64,000 bases of DNA from Patescibacteria group bacterium. GTDB taxonomy: Bacteria > Patescibacteriota > Patescibacteriia > SG8-24. This document shows positions 38,939 to 48,850 of the stretch, one piece after another; position 1 is the first letter of the stretch; each line of letters starts with the position of its first letter. The stretch spans positions 32,052 to 96,051 of the forward strand of contig JBAYFM010000001.1 in assembly GCA_041667185.1 (NCBI GenBank), written 5' to 3'. The translations under genes were made by a program, and so were the position numbers. Under the pieces are notes generated by a model. It had not been told where the DNA came from, did no database searches, and saw only the letters and a list, made by a program, of their open reading frames with translations.

Positions 38939-39088
38939 CCTATTCTTCCACGATGAACGCGATCTTTACGGCCACAACATGACGATCAGACATTCATTTG
39001 GTGAGCATATTATTTTCGAGTTTGTGATGGGCAGCGATAAAAAAAGAACGCCGCAGAGGGCGTTCAATGAGAAGGTGTTCGGCCGCTG

Positions 39089-39556
39089 TTATTCCGGCTT
39101 CTCGAGCGGCAGGTTGATGTCGATCGGCCAGTCGCTTTCCCGGACGGTCACGACCGCATACTGGACGTGGTCATCCATCAGTGTCTGGATCGTCGGTCCT
39201 TCATAGCCACAGGGTTCCCAGTTGAATCTGATGGTCGGAACCGCGGCGGCGTTGTCCAGCTTCACGCGGATCCTCTCGAGCGGTAGTGATGAGATGGCGT
39301 AGATGCCGTCCGGCATCTGCCAAGCGAATCGCACGATCACCTGCTGTTGTGACGAAGACCCGTAGCTGCCGACAAAGAGGAAGAATCCTCCCGTTGCCCG
39401 CGAACTGGTCTCGGTGCGTTCCGCTATCTTGCGGAGCTGGTGTTCGCCCTGCAGGATCGCGTCTGTAGCCGCTTGGTTCTTCGCCACGTCTTGCATTGTC
39501 AGACAGCTCATTGAGCAAGCGGCGATGACTGACATCAAGATGATCTGTCGGAACAT
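39089..39556 (-). CDS. Hypothetical exported or lipoprotein
   Basis: Signal-like N-terminus with Cys; AAGGAG SD and TTGACT promoter. Confidence 0.65.
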   Translation of the reverse strand: MFRQIILMSVIAACSMSCLTMQDVAKNQAATDAILQGEHQLRKIAERTETSSRATGGFFLFVGSYGSSSQQQVIVRFAWQMPDGIYAISSLPLERIRVKLDNAAAVPTIRFNWEPCGYEGPTIQTLMDDHVQYAVVTVRESDWPIDINLPLEKPE

Positions 39557-39689
39557 GGTTCACTCCTTTTGTGAAAGTACCAGTGACGAGGCTATCCTAA
39601 TATTTGAGATTTGGAAAGTCAATCGTTCAGCCGGGGGAGAGGCAGCAAGCGCTCTTCAAAAGTCCGTCCGGAAATGATATAATATTTTC

Positions 39690-40115
39690 ATGAAGAAGTT
39701 CGACCTTAAACCCGGCGAGTCCGATATCCGCGTCGTGGCCACCACCAAGGCTGGTTTCCTGCAGGCCGCTTTAGAGGGCGCTTTTGCCGTGGGCGGCATT
39801 GATTTCGCTAAAATGACCGAAGATGGGACGCCGCCAGCCACTGATCGCGAGCGCCATTTCACGGTCGAAGCCGCTGATTTCACCCAGATCCTGATCGCGC
39901 TGCTCAACGAAGCGCTCAAATTGGCCGCGGAAAAGAAAGAAGCCTATGCCGGCCTGCGCTTGGCGCTCATCACCGACAAGAAGGTCGAGGGCGACTTTTT
40001 GGGCCAAGGTGGCCTTAAATTGAAGAAAGAGATCAAGACCGCCGCTTGTTCGCCCGAGGGTGTCCACAAGAACCAGCTCGGCTACTGGGAAGCGAATATT
40101 GAATTCCGAGTCTGA
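39690..40115 (+). CDS. Archease-like protein, degenerate
   Basis: SDIRVVA, LIALLNEAL, EIKTA and WEANIEFRV pattern; ~140 aa. Confidence 0.65.
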   Translation: MKKFDLKPGESDIRVVATTKAGFLQAALEGAFAVGGIDFAKMTEDGTPPATDRERHFTVEAADFTQILIALLNEALKLAAEKKEAYAGLRLALITDKKVEGDFLGQGGLKLKKEIKTAACSPEGVHKNQLGYWEANIEFRV

Positions 40116-40217
40116 TGTCCGAGAGTCGTCCGATAGTGTCCGGGGCCGCGTTCAAGGCGGCTTTTTACTTAGGCTGCGCCGGCCTCGTCGAGAGTCTGGC
40201 AGCACGCGAATGTAAGT

Positions 40218-40850
40218 ATGGTTTTCGCTGACCGGCATGAGGCCGGAGTCAAATTAGCCGCCGCTCTCGGTAAGTACGCCGGCCAGCCGGACGTGGCGGT
40301 GGTCGCTTTGCCGCGCGGCGGCGTCGTGCCTGGGAGGGTCGTCGCCGACGCCCTGGACGCGCCGCTCGACATCGTCGTGCCGCGCAAGATCGGCGCGCCG
40401 TCCGACGAAGAGTACGCGATCGGAGCCGTCACTGAAGCTGGTCAGGTGGTCTGGAACGAAGCGGAGCGGGCCGGGTACGATCCAGCCAAGCTTGCAGCGA
40501 TCATCAAGAAAGAGACGGCCGAGGCCGCCCGGCGACTCGGCAAGTTCCGCGCCGGCCTGCCGCCGCTCGATCTTCGCGGCAAGATGGTCATCATCGTTGA
40601 TGACGGCGTCGCCACCGGTTTCACCATGCTGGCCGCGATCGCCACGGTCAGGTCCCGGCAGCCGCGCCGGATCGTCGTGGCCGTACCGGTGGGTCCGCCA
40701 GATTCCTTGGCCCGGATCGGGTCGGTTGCCGATGAAGTCATCGCTCTTGAGCGGCCGGATTCGTTCCAGGCCATCGGTTCGTTTTATGAAGAATTCGACC
40801 AGGTCGATGACGGCGCTGTCATGCGCTTGTTGCATCCCCAGTCGGATTAG
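40218..40850 (+). CDS. Type I phosphoribosyltransferase
   Basis: FADRHEAG, LPRGGV, VDDGVATGFT and FYEEFDQV. Confidence 0.88.
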   Translation: MVFADRHEAGVKLAAALGKYAGQPDVAVVALPRGGVVPGRVVADALDAPLDIVVPRKIGAPSDEEYAIGAVTEAGQVVWNEAERAGYDPAKLAAIIKKETAEAARRLGKFRAGLPPLDLRGKMVIIVDDGVATGFTMLAAIATVRSRQPRRIVVAVPVGPPDSLARIGSVADEVIALERPDSFQAIGSFYEEFDQVDDGAVMRLLHPQSD

Positions 40851-41079
40851 GTCTGAAGATCATGTTTTTTCAGCATAGTTACGCCGCAAGGCGTTATTTT
40901 ATTGCTGGCGGCCCGCTGCCCGAACCAGACCAAGGTCCGGCTGCCTGTACAGTAGCGTTGACAAAAGCCGGTTTTTAGGCTACATTGTCCTGTCCGCTTT
41001 GAATCAGCGTGACATCAGCTTAAGCGGCTGAAAAGCCGCCCCGATCCTTAACATCTGCCGTCATCACGGGAGGTTTGCC

Positions 41080-41997
41080 ATGATCAAGCGCTCAAGCGTT
41101 GTCTGCTGGTGCAGTTTCGTCTTCGCCGCTTGCGGCTCTCAGAACGCGTCCGGCGGGGATCTGGTCCTGGAGACCAGCCTCGTTTGCGATCGCACCGCGA
41201 GCGCGTCGTCTTCGGACTATCAGGACGAGTCGCTGCTCGCGACCGTCGCGTTCGCCGACTTGGATGTCGCCGCGGCCGCTCCGGCCAGCGACGCTTCCTT
41301 CGAAGCCGCGTCCGCCAAATCGGCGGTCTGTCCGCCGGAGGCCGAGCAGTGTCTCGACCAGTGCTGCGACAATGGTCCGAGGTCTGAGCCGACATCGACC
41401 GATTACGTCATCACGCGCGAGGATCGCGACGCGGCCAAAGCCGCCGGCCAGAACGTGCTCGAGTATCTTTACGGCTCCGCGGCCGTGAACGTATCGCGCT
41501 TCAACCGGCTCGACCCGCGCTTCGCTCACGCCGGACACAAGCTCCGCGTGCCGCAGCTGGCCGAGGGCGAGGTCTACACGCCGCTGCCGCAACGCTACGA
41601 ACCAGCGAAGGGCCAGGTCAAGTTCATCCTGGTCGACCTCAAGCGCCAGTTCGTCGGACTTTATGAGTGCGGCCAGCTCAGAGATTCGTTCCCGATCAGT
41701 TCGGGACGTCTCAGCCGCGGTCCGCATGGCGAGAACTACCGGACGCCGACCGGCACCACCAAGGTCCGCGCCAAGAAGATCGACGCCAAGTCATCGAAAT
41801 ATCCGGAACCGAACGGTGGCGCGCCGATGCCTTACGCGGTCAATTTCCGCGGTTCGGCCTACTGGATGCATGGCGGCGATCTCGTCGGTTCGCCGGCTTC
41901 GCACGGTTGCGTGCGCCTGCTTCTCGAGGACGCCAAAAAGATCTTCGCCTGGGCGGAGATCGGCATCCCCGTGAGCGTCGTGAGTTCTTTCGACTGA
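41080..41997 (+). CDS. L,D-transpeptidase (YkuD) lipoprotein
   Basis: FAAC lipobox; FPISSG, TPTG, MPY and HGG...SHGCVRL. Confidence 0.88.
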   Translation: MIKRSSVVCWCSFVFAACGSQNASGGDLVLETSLVCDRTASASSSDYQDESLLATVAFADLDVAAAAPASDASFEAASAKSAVCPPEAEQCLDQCCDNGPRSEPTSTDYVITREDRDAAKAAGQNVLEYLYGSAAVNVSRFNRLDPRFAHAGHKLRVPQLAEGEVYTPLPQRYEPAKGQVKFILVDLKRQFVGLYECGQLRDSFPISSGRLSRGPHGENYRTPTGTTKVRAKKIDAKSSKYPEPNGGAPMPYAVNFRGSAYWMHGGDLVGSPASHGCVRLLLEDAKKIFAWAEIGIPVSVVSSFD

Positions 41998-42127
41998 GTC
42001 TTTCCGCCCCCGCCCTTTTTGGGAGGGGCGGTTTTTTTATCTGGCCAAATCGTCTCGCAGCCGTTATCATTTCTTCAGCGAGAAAATTTGGCGGCGCGTT
42101 ATTTTTGCGGCGCTATCCGATGAGTCT

Positions 42128-42397
42128 ATGGCCAGACATTATGACATCAAGGTCCGCGGCCGGGTCCAGGGCATCTATTTTCGTCTGGCCGCGAAAGAGC
42201 TGGCGCAGCGGCTGCTGCTCGCTGGCCACGTCAAGAACGAATCCGACGGCAGTGTGAGCGTCGCGGTCGAAGGGGAAGCGGCCGCGCTCGAGACTTTCGC
42301 AGCCTGGTGCCAGCGCGGGCCGGAGCAGGCGACGGTCAAGGAAGCGGTCGTGACGGAGGGCGAAGTCGTCGGCCTGACGCAGTTCCGCATCTTGTGA
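42128..42397 (+). CDS. acyP: Acylphosphatase
   Basis: VRGRVQGIYFR, GHVKNESDGSV and GP. Confidence 0.92.
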   Translation: MARHYDIKVRGRVQGIYFRLAAKELAQRLLLAGHVKNESDGSVSVAVEGEAAALETFAAWCQRGPEQATVKEAVVTEGEVVGLTQFRIL

Positions 42398-42465
42398 ACG
42401 GCTTCGGCTGGCGGGGCCGTCATGCTATCCTATATATAAGATGAAAGCAGGGGGAACTTCCGAAT

Positions 42466-43047
42466 ATGACCGAGCGCAAGCAAAGGATCCTGGTCGCCGC
42501 GGCGATCCTGCTCGTCGGTCTGGCCGGCGTCGCGATCCTGGCGGCGGTCAGCGGGACGGCGGCGAAAAAGACCATTAATCCTATCATCGGCAGCGGTCAT
42601 ATGAAGATCACCAGTCCGCAATTCGAGCAGGATGGCGCCATCCCGGCGCGGTACACCTGCGACGGGGAGAACATCAATCCGCCGTTGCGCGTGAGCGGCG
42701 TGCCGGAGGAAGCCCGGACGCTGGCGCTCATCGTTGACGATCCGGATGCCGCGGCCGGCGCCTGGACCCATTGGACGGTCTGGAATATTCCCGCCGCCGA
42801 TATCGTCGAGATCGGCGAGAAGTCCGTGCCGGGAGGAGCGGTCGAAGGCCTGACTGATTTTGGCCGCGCGGGTTACGGCGGTCCCTGCCCGCCGAGCGGG
42901 GAGCATCGTTATTTTTTCCAGGCGTACGCGCTGGACGCGGAATTGGAGCTGACCGCCGCAGCCGGCGTGAAAGAGCTGGAAGCGGCCATGCGGGATCATA
43001 TTTTGGACAAAGCCGGTCTCATCGGGGTTTACCGGCGGCAGCCATGA
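42466..43047 (+). CDS. YbhB/YbcL (PEBP-family) protein
   Basis: YTCDG...P, DDPDA, WTHW and YGGPCPPSGEHRY. Confidence 0.92.
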   Translation: MTERKQRILVAAAILLVGLAGVAILAAVSGTAAKKTINPIIGSGHMKITSPQFEQDGAIPARYTCDGENINPPLRVSGVPEEARTLALIVDDPDAAAGAWTHWTVWNIPAADIVEIGEKSVPGGAVEGLTDFGRAGYGGPCPPSGEHRYFFQAYALDAELELTAAAGVKELEAAMRDHILDKAGLIGVYRRQP

Positions 43048-43200
43048 ATTCTCGGCCGCCGGGCGGAGCGTCAGCCGCCTGATGTGGGGATAAATCGTCT
43101 GGCCTGATAGCCAAAAAAAGGTTATTATGGCTTATCGCTGGTCTCATCGGCCGGCTTAACTGAGTTAAATCAAGGGATTCTATTTATTTTTTACAGCTTT

Positions 43201-43965
43201 ATGATCCACGAAGAACAGCAGTCGGCCCGCGCTTTGACGCTCTCGCCGAAGATGAGTTTCATCCTGGGCATCGTCGGCGGAATCTTGGTCTTCTGCACCA
43301 TCGGTTTTTTCATCCTGTTGTCCATCGTCCTGAAGGGCAATATCGTCCCGGCGGAGAATAAACAGCCGGCTCCGGCTGCCGCCAACGTCAACGATCAGGC
43401 CGCGGCTCCGGCCGAACAGCCGGGAGAACAGGTCGGCGAGGTCGCTCCGGTCACGAGCGATGATCATGTTCTCGGCGACGTCAACGCTCCGGTCACGCTC
43501 ATCACTTACACCGATCTCCAGTGCCCTTACTGCGAGAAATTCCACACGACCATGCAGCAGGTCATGGCTGATTACAAGGGCAAGGTCCGCTGGGTCTATC
43601 GGCATTTCCCGCTGTCGTTCCACCCCTTCGCCATGCCGGCCGCGAACGCCGCGGAATGCGCCGCGGAGCAGGGTAAGTTCTTCGAGTTCGCCGACAAGAT
43701 CTTTGCCGACCAGGCGAACATCGGCACCGCTCTCTTCGACAAGATCGCGGTCGAGCTCAAGCTGAACAAGTCCAAGTTCGACAGCTGCGTCAAAACCAGC
43801 AAGTATCAGGCTCGCATCGACAATGATCGCACGACCGGCGGCGCGGCTGGCATCAGCGGTACTCCCGGAACGATCATCCTGACCGCCGACGGCGGCAAGC
43901 AGCTCATCCCGGGCGCCCTGCCTTACGAGAGCGTGGCTGGCATGATCGACAGTGTGCTGAAATAG
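43201..43965 (+). CDS. Membrane-anchored DsbA-family oxidoreductase
   Basis: DLQCPYC, RHFPL, GTP and GALPY. Confidence 0.9.
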   Translation: MIHEEQQSARALTLSPKMSFILGIVGGILVFCTIGFFILLSIVLKGNIVPAENKQPAPAAANVNDQAAAPAEQPGEQVGEVAPVTSDDHVLGDVNAPVTLITYTDLQCPYCEKFHTTMQQVMADYKGKVRWVYRHFPLSFHPFAMPAANAAECAAEQGKFFEFADKIFADQANIGTALFDKIAVELKLNKSKFDSCVKTSKYQARIDNDRTTGGAAGISGTPGTIILTADGGKQLIPGALPYESVAGMIDSVLK

Positions 43966-44109
43966 AGCGAGACGATCCGCGTGACCTTCGACCGACCCGG
44001 CCCAGCGCCGGGTCGGTTTGTTATCTTGGCGGAGGGGGGTGTCGCTTGACGGTCAGTGTCTTTGCCGTTACTTTGCCAACAGCTCTTTACCATTCCAAAG
44101 GAGAACCAC

Positions 44110-44559
44110 ATGGAACTCGCGGAAATGCGCGCGACAGCGAAACGACTTGAGCGCCGACGCGTGTGCTGGCTGATCGCGACCCTAGCGTCATATCTGGTGA
44201 CCGGCGTCAGCCTTGGCGCCATCTTTTTCGCCACCAGCGATCAGCGACCGGGATCGGTAGCGCCTGCGATCATCCTGACGGTGTTCGTGGGCGGCATGAT
44301 CCTGATGAGGAGCTGCGTCGGTCGGACCACAGCTGTTTACAGGCAGATCAAACTGCTCGAAGCGGTCGTTGCCGAAGGGGAAGTGGCCCGCGTCGAGGCG
44401 TTCCGCATCACCCCTGACAATCAGCCGGTATACCGCGTCCATTTTTCCGATGGCCGCTTGCACGAGGTCAACGCCATCCTTCCGGTTTTCGTCGGCGCTG
44501 GCCAGCATGTCCGGATGTTCGAGAATGGTCTGGGAAGACACCGTTTCGAACGGATCTGA
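44110..44559 (+). CDS. Hypothetical two-TM protein
   Basis: AAGGAG SD, promoter and boxA-like leader; two hydrophobic segments. Confidence 0.65.
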   Translation: MELAEMRATAKRLERRRVCWLIATLASYLVTGVSLGAIFFATSDQRPGSVAPAIILTVFVGGMILMRSCVGRTTAVYRQIKLLEAVVAEGEVARVEAFRITPDNQPVYRVHFSDGRLHEVNAILPVFVGAGQHVRMFENGLGRHRFERI

Positions 44560-44812
44560 TCCGGCAGCGGGATTTTTCCAGCTTTGCCGTCGGATCATCA
44601 TGGACAGCTCGAAAAATCGCCTTTCAAGCCAGCCTGGTCTTCGAATGAGGCTCCTCAGCCTCATTTTTATTTTCAATTAGCGCGTTTTTCGGCCGCGCCA
44701 CGGTTGACTTTTTCGGCCGTTTCGTCTATACTCAAGCGCACGTCGAATATTATAGCCAAAGGATCGCGCCCCGCCGCCGCGCGCGGGACTCCGGCCTAGC
44801 CGCAGATAACGT

Positions 44813-46633
44813 ATGGATCACAAGGAAATTCGCAACATCGCCATCATCGCCCACGTCGACCATGGCAAGACCACGCTCGTCGACGCGTTATTGAGGCAAT
44901 CGCACGCCCTGAAGAAGGACGTCGGCGGTGAATTGATCATGGATTCCAATGATCTGGAACGCGAGCGCGGCATCACGATCTTCTCCAAGAACGCCGCGGT
45001 CGAATATCAGGGCGTCAAGATCAACATCATCGACACTCCCGGCCACGCTGATTTCGGCGGCGAGGTCGAGCGCATCATGCGCATGGTCGACGGCGCCATC
45101 CTGCTCGTGGACGCCAAGGAAGGCCCGATGCCGCAGACCAAGTTCGTCCTCCGGAACGCCATCAAAGCCGGCCATAAGATCATCGTGGTCATCAACAAGA
45201 TCGACAAGCCGGAGGCCCGCGTCGAATGGGTGCTGAACAAGACCTTCGACCTGTTCGTCGAACTCGGCGCTTCGGACGAACAGACCAATTTTCCCGTGCT
45301 GTACGCTTCGGGCGTCAAGGGTCTGGCCGGTCTGGAATCGGATCTCGACAAGATGACTGACATCCGGCCGGTGTTCGACACCATTCTCGAGGTCATCAAA
45401 CCGGCCCGGGCGGAGATGGACAAGCCGCCGCAGATGCTCACGGTCAATCTGACTTACGACAATTTCAAGGGCAAGATCGCCATCGGCCGCCTGTATTCCG
45501 GCACGCTGCGCAAAGGTATGGAGGTCATGCATATCGCGCGCGACGGTAAGATGAAGAAGGTCAAACTGACCGGCGTCATGTCTTTCGAGGGGTTGCAGCG
45601 CGTGGATCGCGACGAGGTTTACGCCGGCGACGTCGTCGCCGTGGCCGGCATTCCGGACGTGTCCATCGGCGAGACCATCTGCGATGTCGAGCACCCCGAG
45701 GCGCTGCCCATCATCGCCATCGAAGAACCGACGGTCAAGATGACCTTCGGCATCAACACGTCGCCGTTCTCCGGCCAGGAAGGCCAATTCACCACCTCGC
45801 GGCAGATCAAGGAGCGGCTGGAGCGCGAACTCGAGACCGATGTGGCCCTGCGCCGCTTCGAGACCGAATCCATGGATCGCTGGACTCTGGCCGGCCGCGG
45901 CGAGCTGCACCTCGCCATCCTCATCGAGAAGATGCGCCGCGAAGGTTTCGAACTGGAGGTCTCCAAGCCCCAGGTCATCTTCAAGGAAGAGGGCGGCCGC
46001 AAACTTGAGCCTGTGGAACAGGTGACGATCGAGGTGCCGGAGGAGCACGTCGGCGTGGTCATCGAGAAGATGGGCCAGCGCCGCGGCGAGATGACGGATA
46101 TGCGCGTGGAGAACAAGACGGCCTATCTGGAATTCACCATTCCGACCCGCGGCCTCATCGGCTATCGTTCCCAGCTGCTCACCGACACCAAGGGGTTGGG
46201 CATCATGAATTCGCTGTTCCTCGGCTACGAGGATTACAAGGGTGATTTTGACGCCAACGCTCACGGTTCGCTCGTCGCTTTCGAGGACGGCGTGACGGTC
46301 ACTTATGGCCTGGTCGCCGCTCAGGAGCGCGGCCAGCTGTTCGTCGGTCCGGGCGTGCAGGTGTATGCCGGCATGGTCGTCGGCCAGAACGCCAAATCGG
46401 ATGATATCGAAGTGAACGTCTGCAAAGAGAAGAAGCTTTCCAATATGCGTTCCAAGGGTGACGGCGGCAGCGCCAAAGTGGACGTGCCGCGCACCATGGG
46501 TCTCGAGGATGCGCTCGAGTTCATCAGCGACGACGAGCTGGTGGAAGTGACGCCGAAGAACGTCCGCATCCGCAAGACGGTCCTGGATCATCTGGCGCGC
46601 AAGCGTTCCGAGCGCGACGCCAGCAAAGAATAA
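44813..46633 (+). CDS. typA: Translational GTPase TypA/BipA
   Basis: [45 protein letters not shown] and EVTPKNVR. Confidence 0.97.
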   Translation: MDHKEIRNIAIIAHVDHGKTTLVDALLRQSHALKKDVGGELIMDSNDLERERGITIFSKNAAVEYQGVKINIIDTPGHADFGGEVERIMRMVDGAILLVDAKEGPMPQTKFVLRNAIKAGHKIIVVINKIDKPEARVEWVLNKTFDLFVELGASDEQTNFPVLYASGVKGLAGLESDLDKMTDIRPVFDTILEVIKPARAEMDKPPQMLTVNLTYDNFKGKIAIGRLYSGTLRKGMEVMHIARDGKMKKVKLTGVMSFEGLQRVDRDEVYAGDVVAVAGIPDVSIGETICDVEHPEALPIIAIEEPTVKMTFGINTSPFSGQEGQFTTSRQIKERLERELETDVALRRFETESMDRWTLAGRGELHLAILIEKMRREGFELEVSKPQVIFKEEGGRKLEPVEQVTIEVPEEHVGVVIEKMGQRRGEMTDMRVENKTAYLEFTIPTRGLIGYRSQLLTDTKGLGIMNSLFLGYEDYKGDFDANAHGSLVAFEDGVTVTYGLVAAQERGQLFVGPGVQVYAGMVVGQNAKSDDIEVNVCKEKKLSNMRSKGDGGSAKVDVPRTMGLEDALEFISDDELVEVTPKNVRIRKTVLDHLARKRSERDASKE

Positions 46634-46737
46634 GTAATCACAAATCAGCCGGCAGCTAGTGGTTGGCAGCCGCTAGCTGCTTTGTTGCTGGTCGGGAGGT
46701 CGGCATCGTGGTAAAATTATCCTGTAACCGTTATCCT

Positions 46738-47172
46738 ATGACCAACCAAGAATCCAAAAAGATCACTTGCGAACATCTCCAGAAGCTGCGCACCGGCGAG
46801 TTGGAGCATATCGTGCTGGACGTGCGCGATGAGGCTGATTTCGAGACTGGGCACATCACGGATTCGATCCATGTCCCGGCGCGTGAGCTTGAGACCAATC
46901 TGCCGAACCTGCTTACGAACAAGGAGCGCAAGGTGGTCGTGGTGGTCGGTCCGACGCAGGAAGCCGAGATCGAGCGCTTGCATGAGCAGTTGGCCGGTCT
47001 GGGTTACAGCAACGTCGAGTTCCTGGCCGGCGGTATCGACCGCTGGTGCGAGATCGCGCCGCTCGAGATTGAGCCGGAACTGGTCGAGCTGACGCCTGAG
47101 GAATCCGGGTTCGTCGGCGATGAACTGAATGAGATCGATCCCGAGGGCAAGGACAACGAGCCGCTGATGTGA
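46738..47172 (+). CDS. Rhodanese-like domain protein with no obvious catalytic Cys and an acidic tail
   Basis: LDVRDE..F..GHI..SIHVP and LAGGIDRW. Confidence 0.8.
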   Translation: MTNQESKKITCEHLQKLRTGELEHIVLDVRDEADFETGHITDSIHVPARELETNLPNLLTNKERKVVVVVGPTQEAEIERLHEQLAGLGYSNVEFLAGGIDRWCEIAPLEIEPELVELTPEESGFVGDELNEIDPEGKDNEPLM

Positions 47173-47228
47173 GTTGAGCCGCCGCCGTGGGCGGCAGGGG
47201 AGCGTGGTTAGTCCGGTACAAGCTGGTT

Positions 47229-47320
47229 TTGTCAAAGACTCTTGACAAAACATCAGAAATATGATAACGTCATTGCGAGTGTCAGGTCGATTTTAAGCGC
47301 CCTTCCGAGGGCGTTTTTTT
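47229..47320 (+). promoter_or_regulatory. Promoter with an operator palindrome, followed within ~45 nt by an intrinsic terminator
   Basis: TTGTCA-N8-TGACAA; TTGACA-17-(TGn)TAACGT; gcgccct tccg agggcgt tttttt. Confidence 0.6.
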
Positions 47321-47410
47321 GTTTTTGTTCAGCCAAGAAACGGCATTTTTAGAGAACTCGCGAAATTGAATCCGGGCCCTAGCAGTGCTATAATTTGAAT
47401 AGCTTGTCAT

Positions 47411-48754
47411 ATGTCAGACGCTGCTGTTACAGCCGAAAATCGCCTCCAAGGGCTGGATTATCTCTCAGAATTGCCCCAGGTCCGGCCGCACAACCACGAA
47501 ACGCGGTTGTTTCCGGATGGTTTTTTGTGGGGCAGCGCGACCTCGGCGCATCAGGTCGAGGGCGGCAATGTGCTGAACGATTGGTACGGATGGGAGAAGA
47601 TCCCCGGGCATATCGTGGACAGGACGGTTTCCGGCAAGGCTTGCGACCACTACCATCGCTACGAACAGGATTTCGATCTGGCCGCGGAGCTCGGTCAGAA
47701 CGCGCACCGCTTGTCGGTGGAATGGTCGCGGCTGGAGCCGCAGGAAGGGCAGTGGGACGTCGACGAATTCGTCCATTACCGGCGAGTGCTCGAATCGCTG
47801 AAACGCCGCGGCATGAAAGTGATGCTCACGGCCTGGCATTTCACGCTGCCGCAATGGTTCGCGGCGCGGGGCGGCTGGCAGGCGCGCGATGCCGTCCGGC
47901 TCTTCTCCAGGTTCGTCGAGAAACTGGCCGCGGAGTACGGCGATCTGGTCGACGTCTGGGTCACGATCAACGAGCCGATGGTCTACCTGTCAAATTCCTA
48001 CACCATCGGCGTCTGGCCGCCGGGCCAACGTTCCGGCTGGTCGACCTTCCGGGTCTTCCAAAAATTGGTCCAGGCGCACCGTGCGGCCTACAAGACCCTG
48101 CATCGCCGCCTCGACCGCCCCGGCCGCCGGGCGCTCGTCGGCATCTCGCAGAACGTGATCACGTTCGAGCCGTACCGCAAAGGCTCGTTGGTCGACGCAG
48201 TGTTCGTCTGGTTCGCGGACCGGGTGTTCAACCGGCAGTTCTTCATCTGGACCAAGGGGCGCCATGATTTCATTGGCATCAATTATTATTTCCATTACCG
48301 GGTCAAATACGTTCCCTGGAAGGTCTCGCAGTTCTTCTACGAGGTGCACACAGAGAACCGCAGCGTGAGCGATCTGGGCTGGGAGATCAATCAGCAGGGC
48401 ATCTTCGAGGCGATCATGAACATGGCACGCTACAAGCTGCCGATCTACATCACCGAGCACGGCGTGGCCAACGCTGACGACAGCAAGCGGCCGCGGCTCC
48501 TGGTCGCCGGCATCATGGAGATCTACCACGCGATTCGCGCCGGCGTGGATGTGCGCGGTTATTTCCACTGGTCGCTCTTGGATAATTTCGAATGGGAAAA
48601 AGGCTACTCCGGCCGTTTCGGCCTCGTGGCCATCGATTACGCTAATGGCCAACGGACGCCACGCCGCAGCGCTTACATCTATCAGGACATCTGCCGGGCG
48701 AACGGTATGCCGCATCAGCTGCTCAAGTTCACGGGGCACGGGATCAGGTGGTGA
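47411..48754 (+). CDS. Glycoside hydrolase family 1 (beta-glucosidase-like)
   Basis: FLWGSATSAHQVEG, RLSVEWSR, TINEP, ITEHG and WSLLDNFEW. Confidence 0.93.
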   Translation: MSDAAVTAENRLQGLDYLSELPQVRPHNHETRLFPDGFLWGSATSAHQVEGGNVLNDWYGWEKIPGHIVDRTVSGKACDHYHRYEQDFDLAAELGQNAHRLSVEWSRLEPQEGQWDVDEFVHYRRVLESLKRRGMKVMLTAWHFTLPQWFAARGGWQARDAVRLFSRFVEKLAAEYGDLVDVWVTINEPMVYLSNSYTIGVWPPGQRSGWSTFRVFQKLVQAHRAAYKTLHRRLDRPGRRALVGISQNVITFEPYRKGSLVDAVFVWFADRVFNRQFFIWTKGRHDFIGINYYFHYRVKYVPWKVSQFFYEVHTENRSVSDLGWEINQQGIFEAIMNMARYKLPIYITEHGVANADDSKRPRLLVAGIMEIYHAIRAGVDVRGYFHWSLLDNFEWEKGYSGRFGLVAIDYANGQRTPRRSAYIYQDICRANGMPHQLLKFTGHGIRW

Positions 48755-48755
48755 T

Positions 48756-48830
48756 GAAGAGACGGAGTCAGGGAGTGCTGGAGTTGCGGAGCCGTCATTT
48801 TATTTCGTGTCGTCTCTCCTTCAATCTTCG
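48756..48830. repeat. 8-mer GGAGTNNN array with a weak inverted partner
   Basis: gaagagac ggagtcag ggagtgct ggagttgc ggag ... cgtctctccttcaatcttc. Confidence 0.65.
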
Positions 48831-48850
48831 ATCGATGATATAATGACCAT

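Noticed and set aside
40860-41060. c-di-AMP (ydaO) riboswitch upstream of the L,D-transpeptidase
   Set aside because: Only a CCCGAACC fragment is present; the other conserved blocks are absent or out of order.
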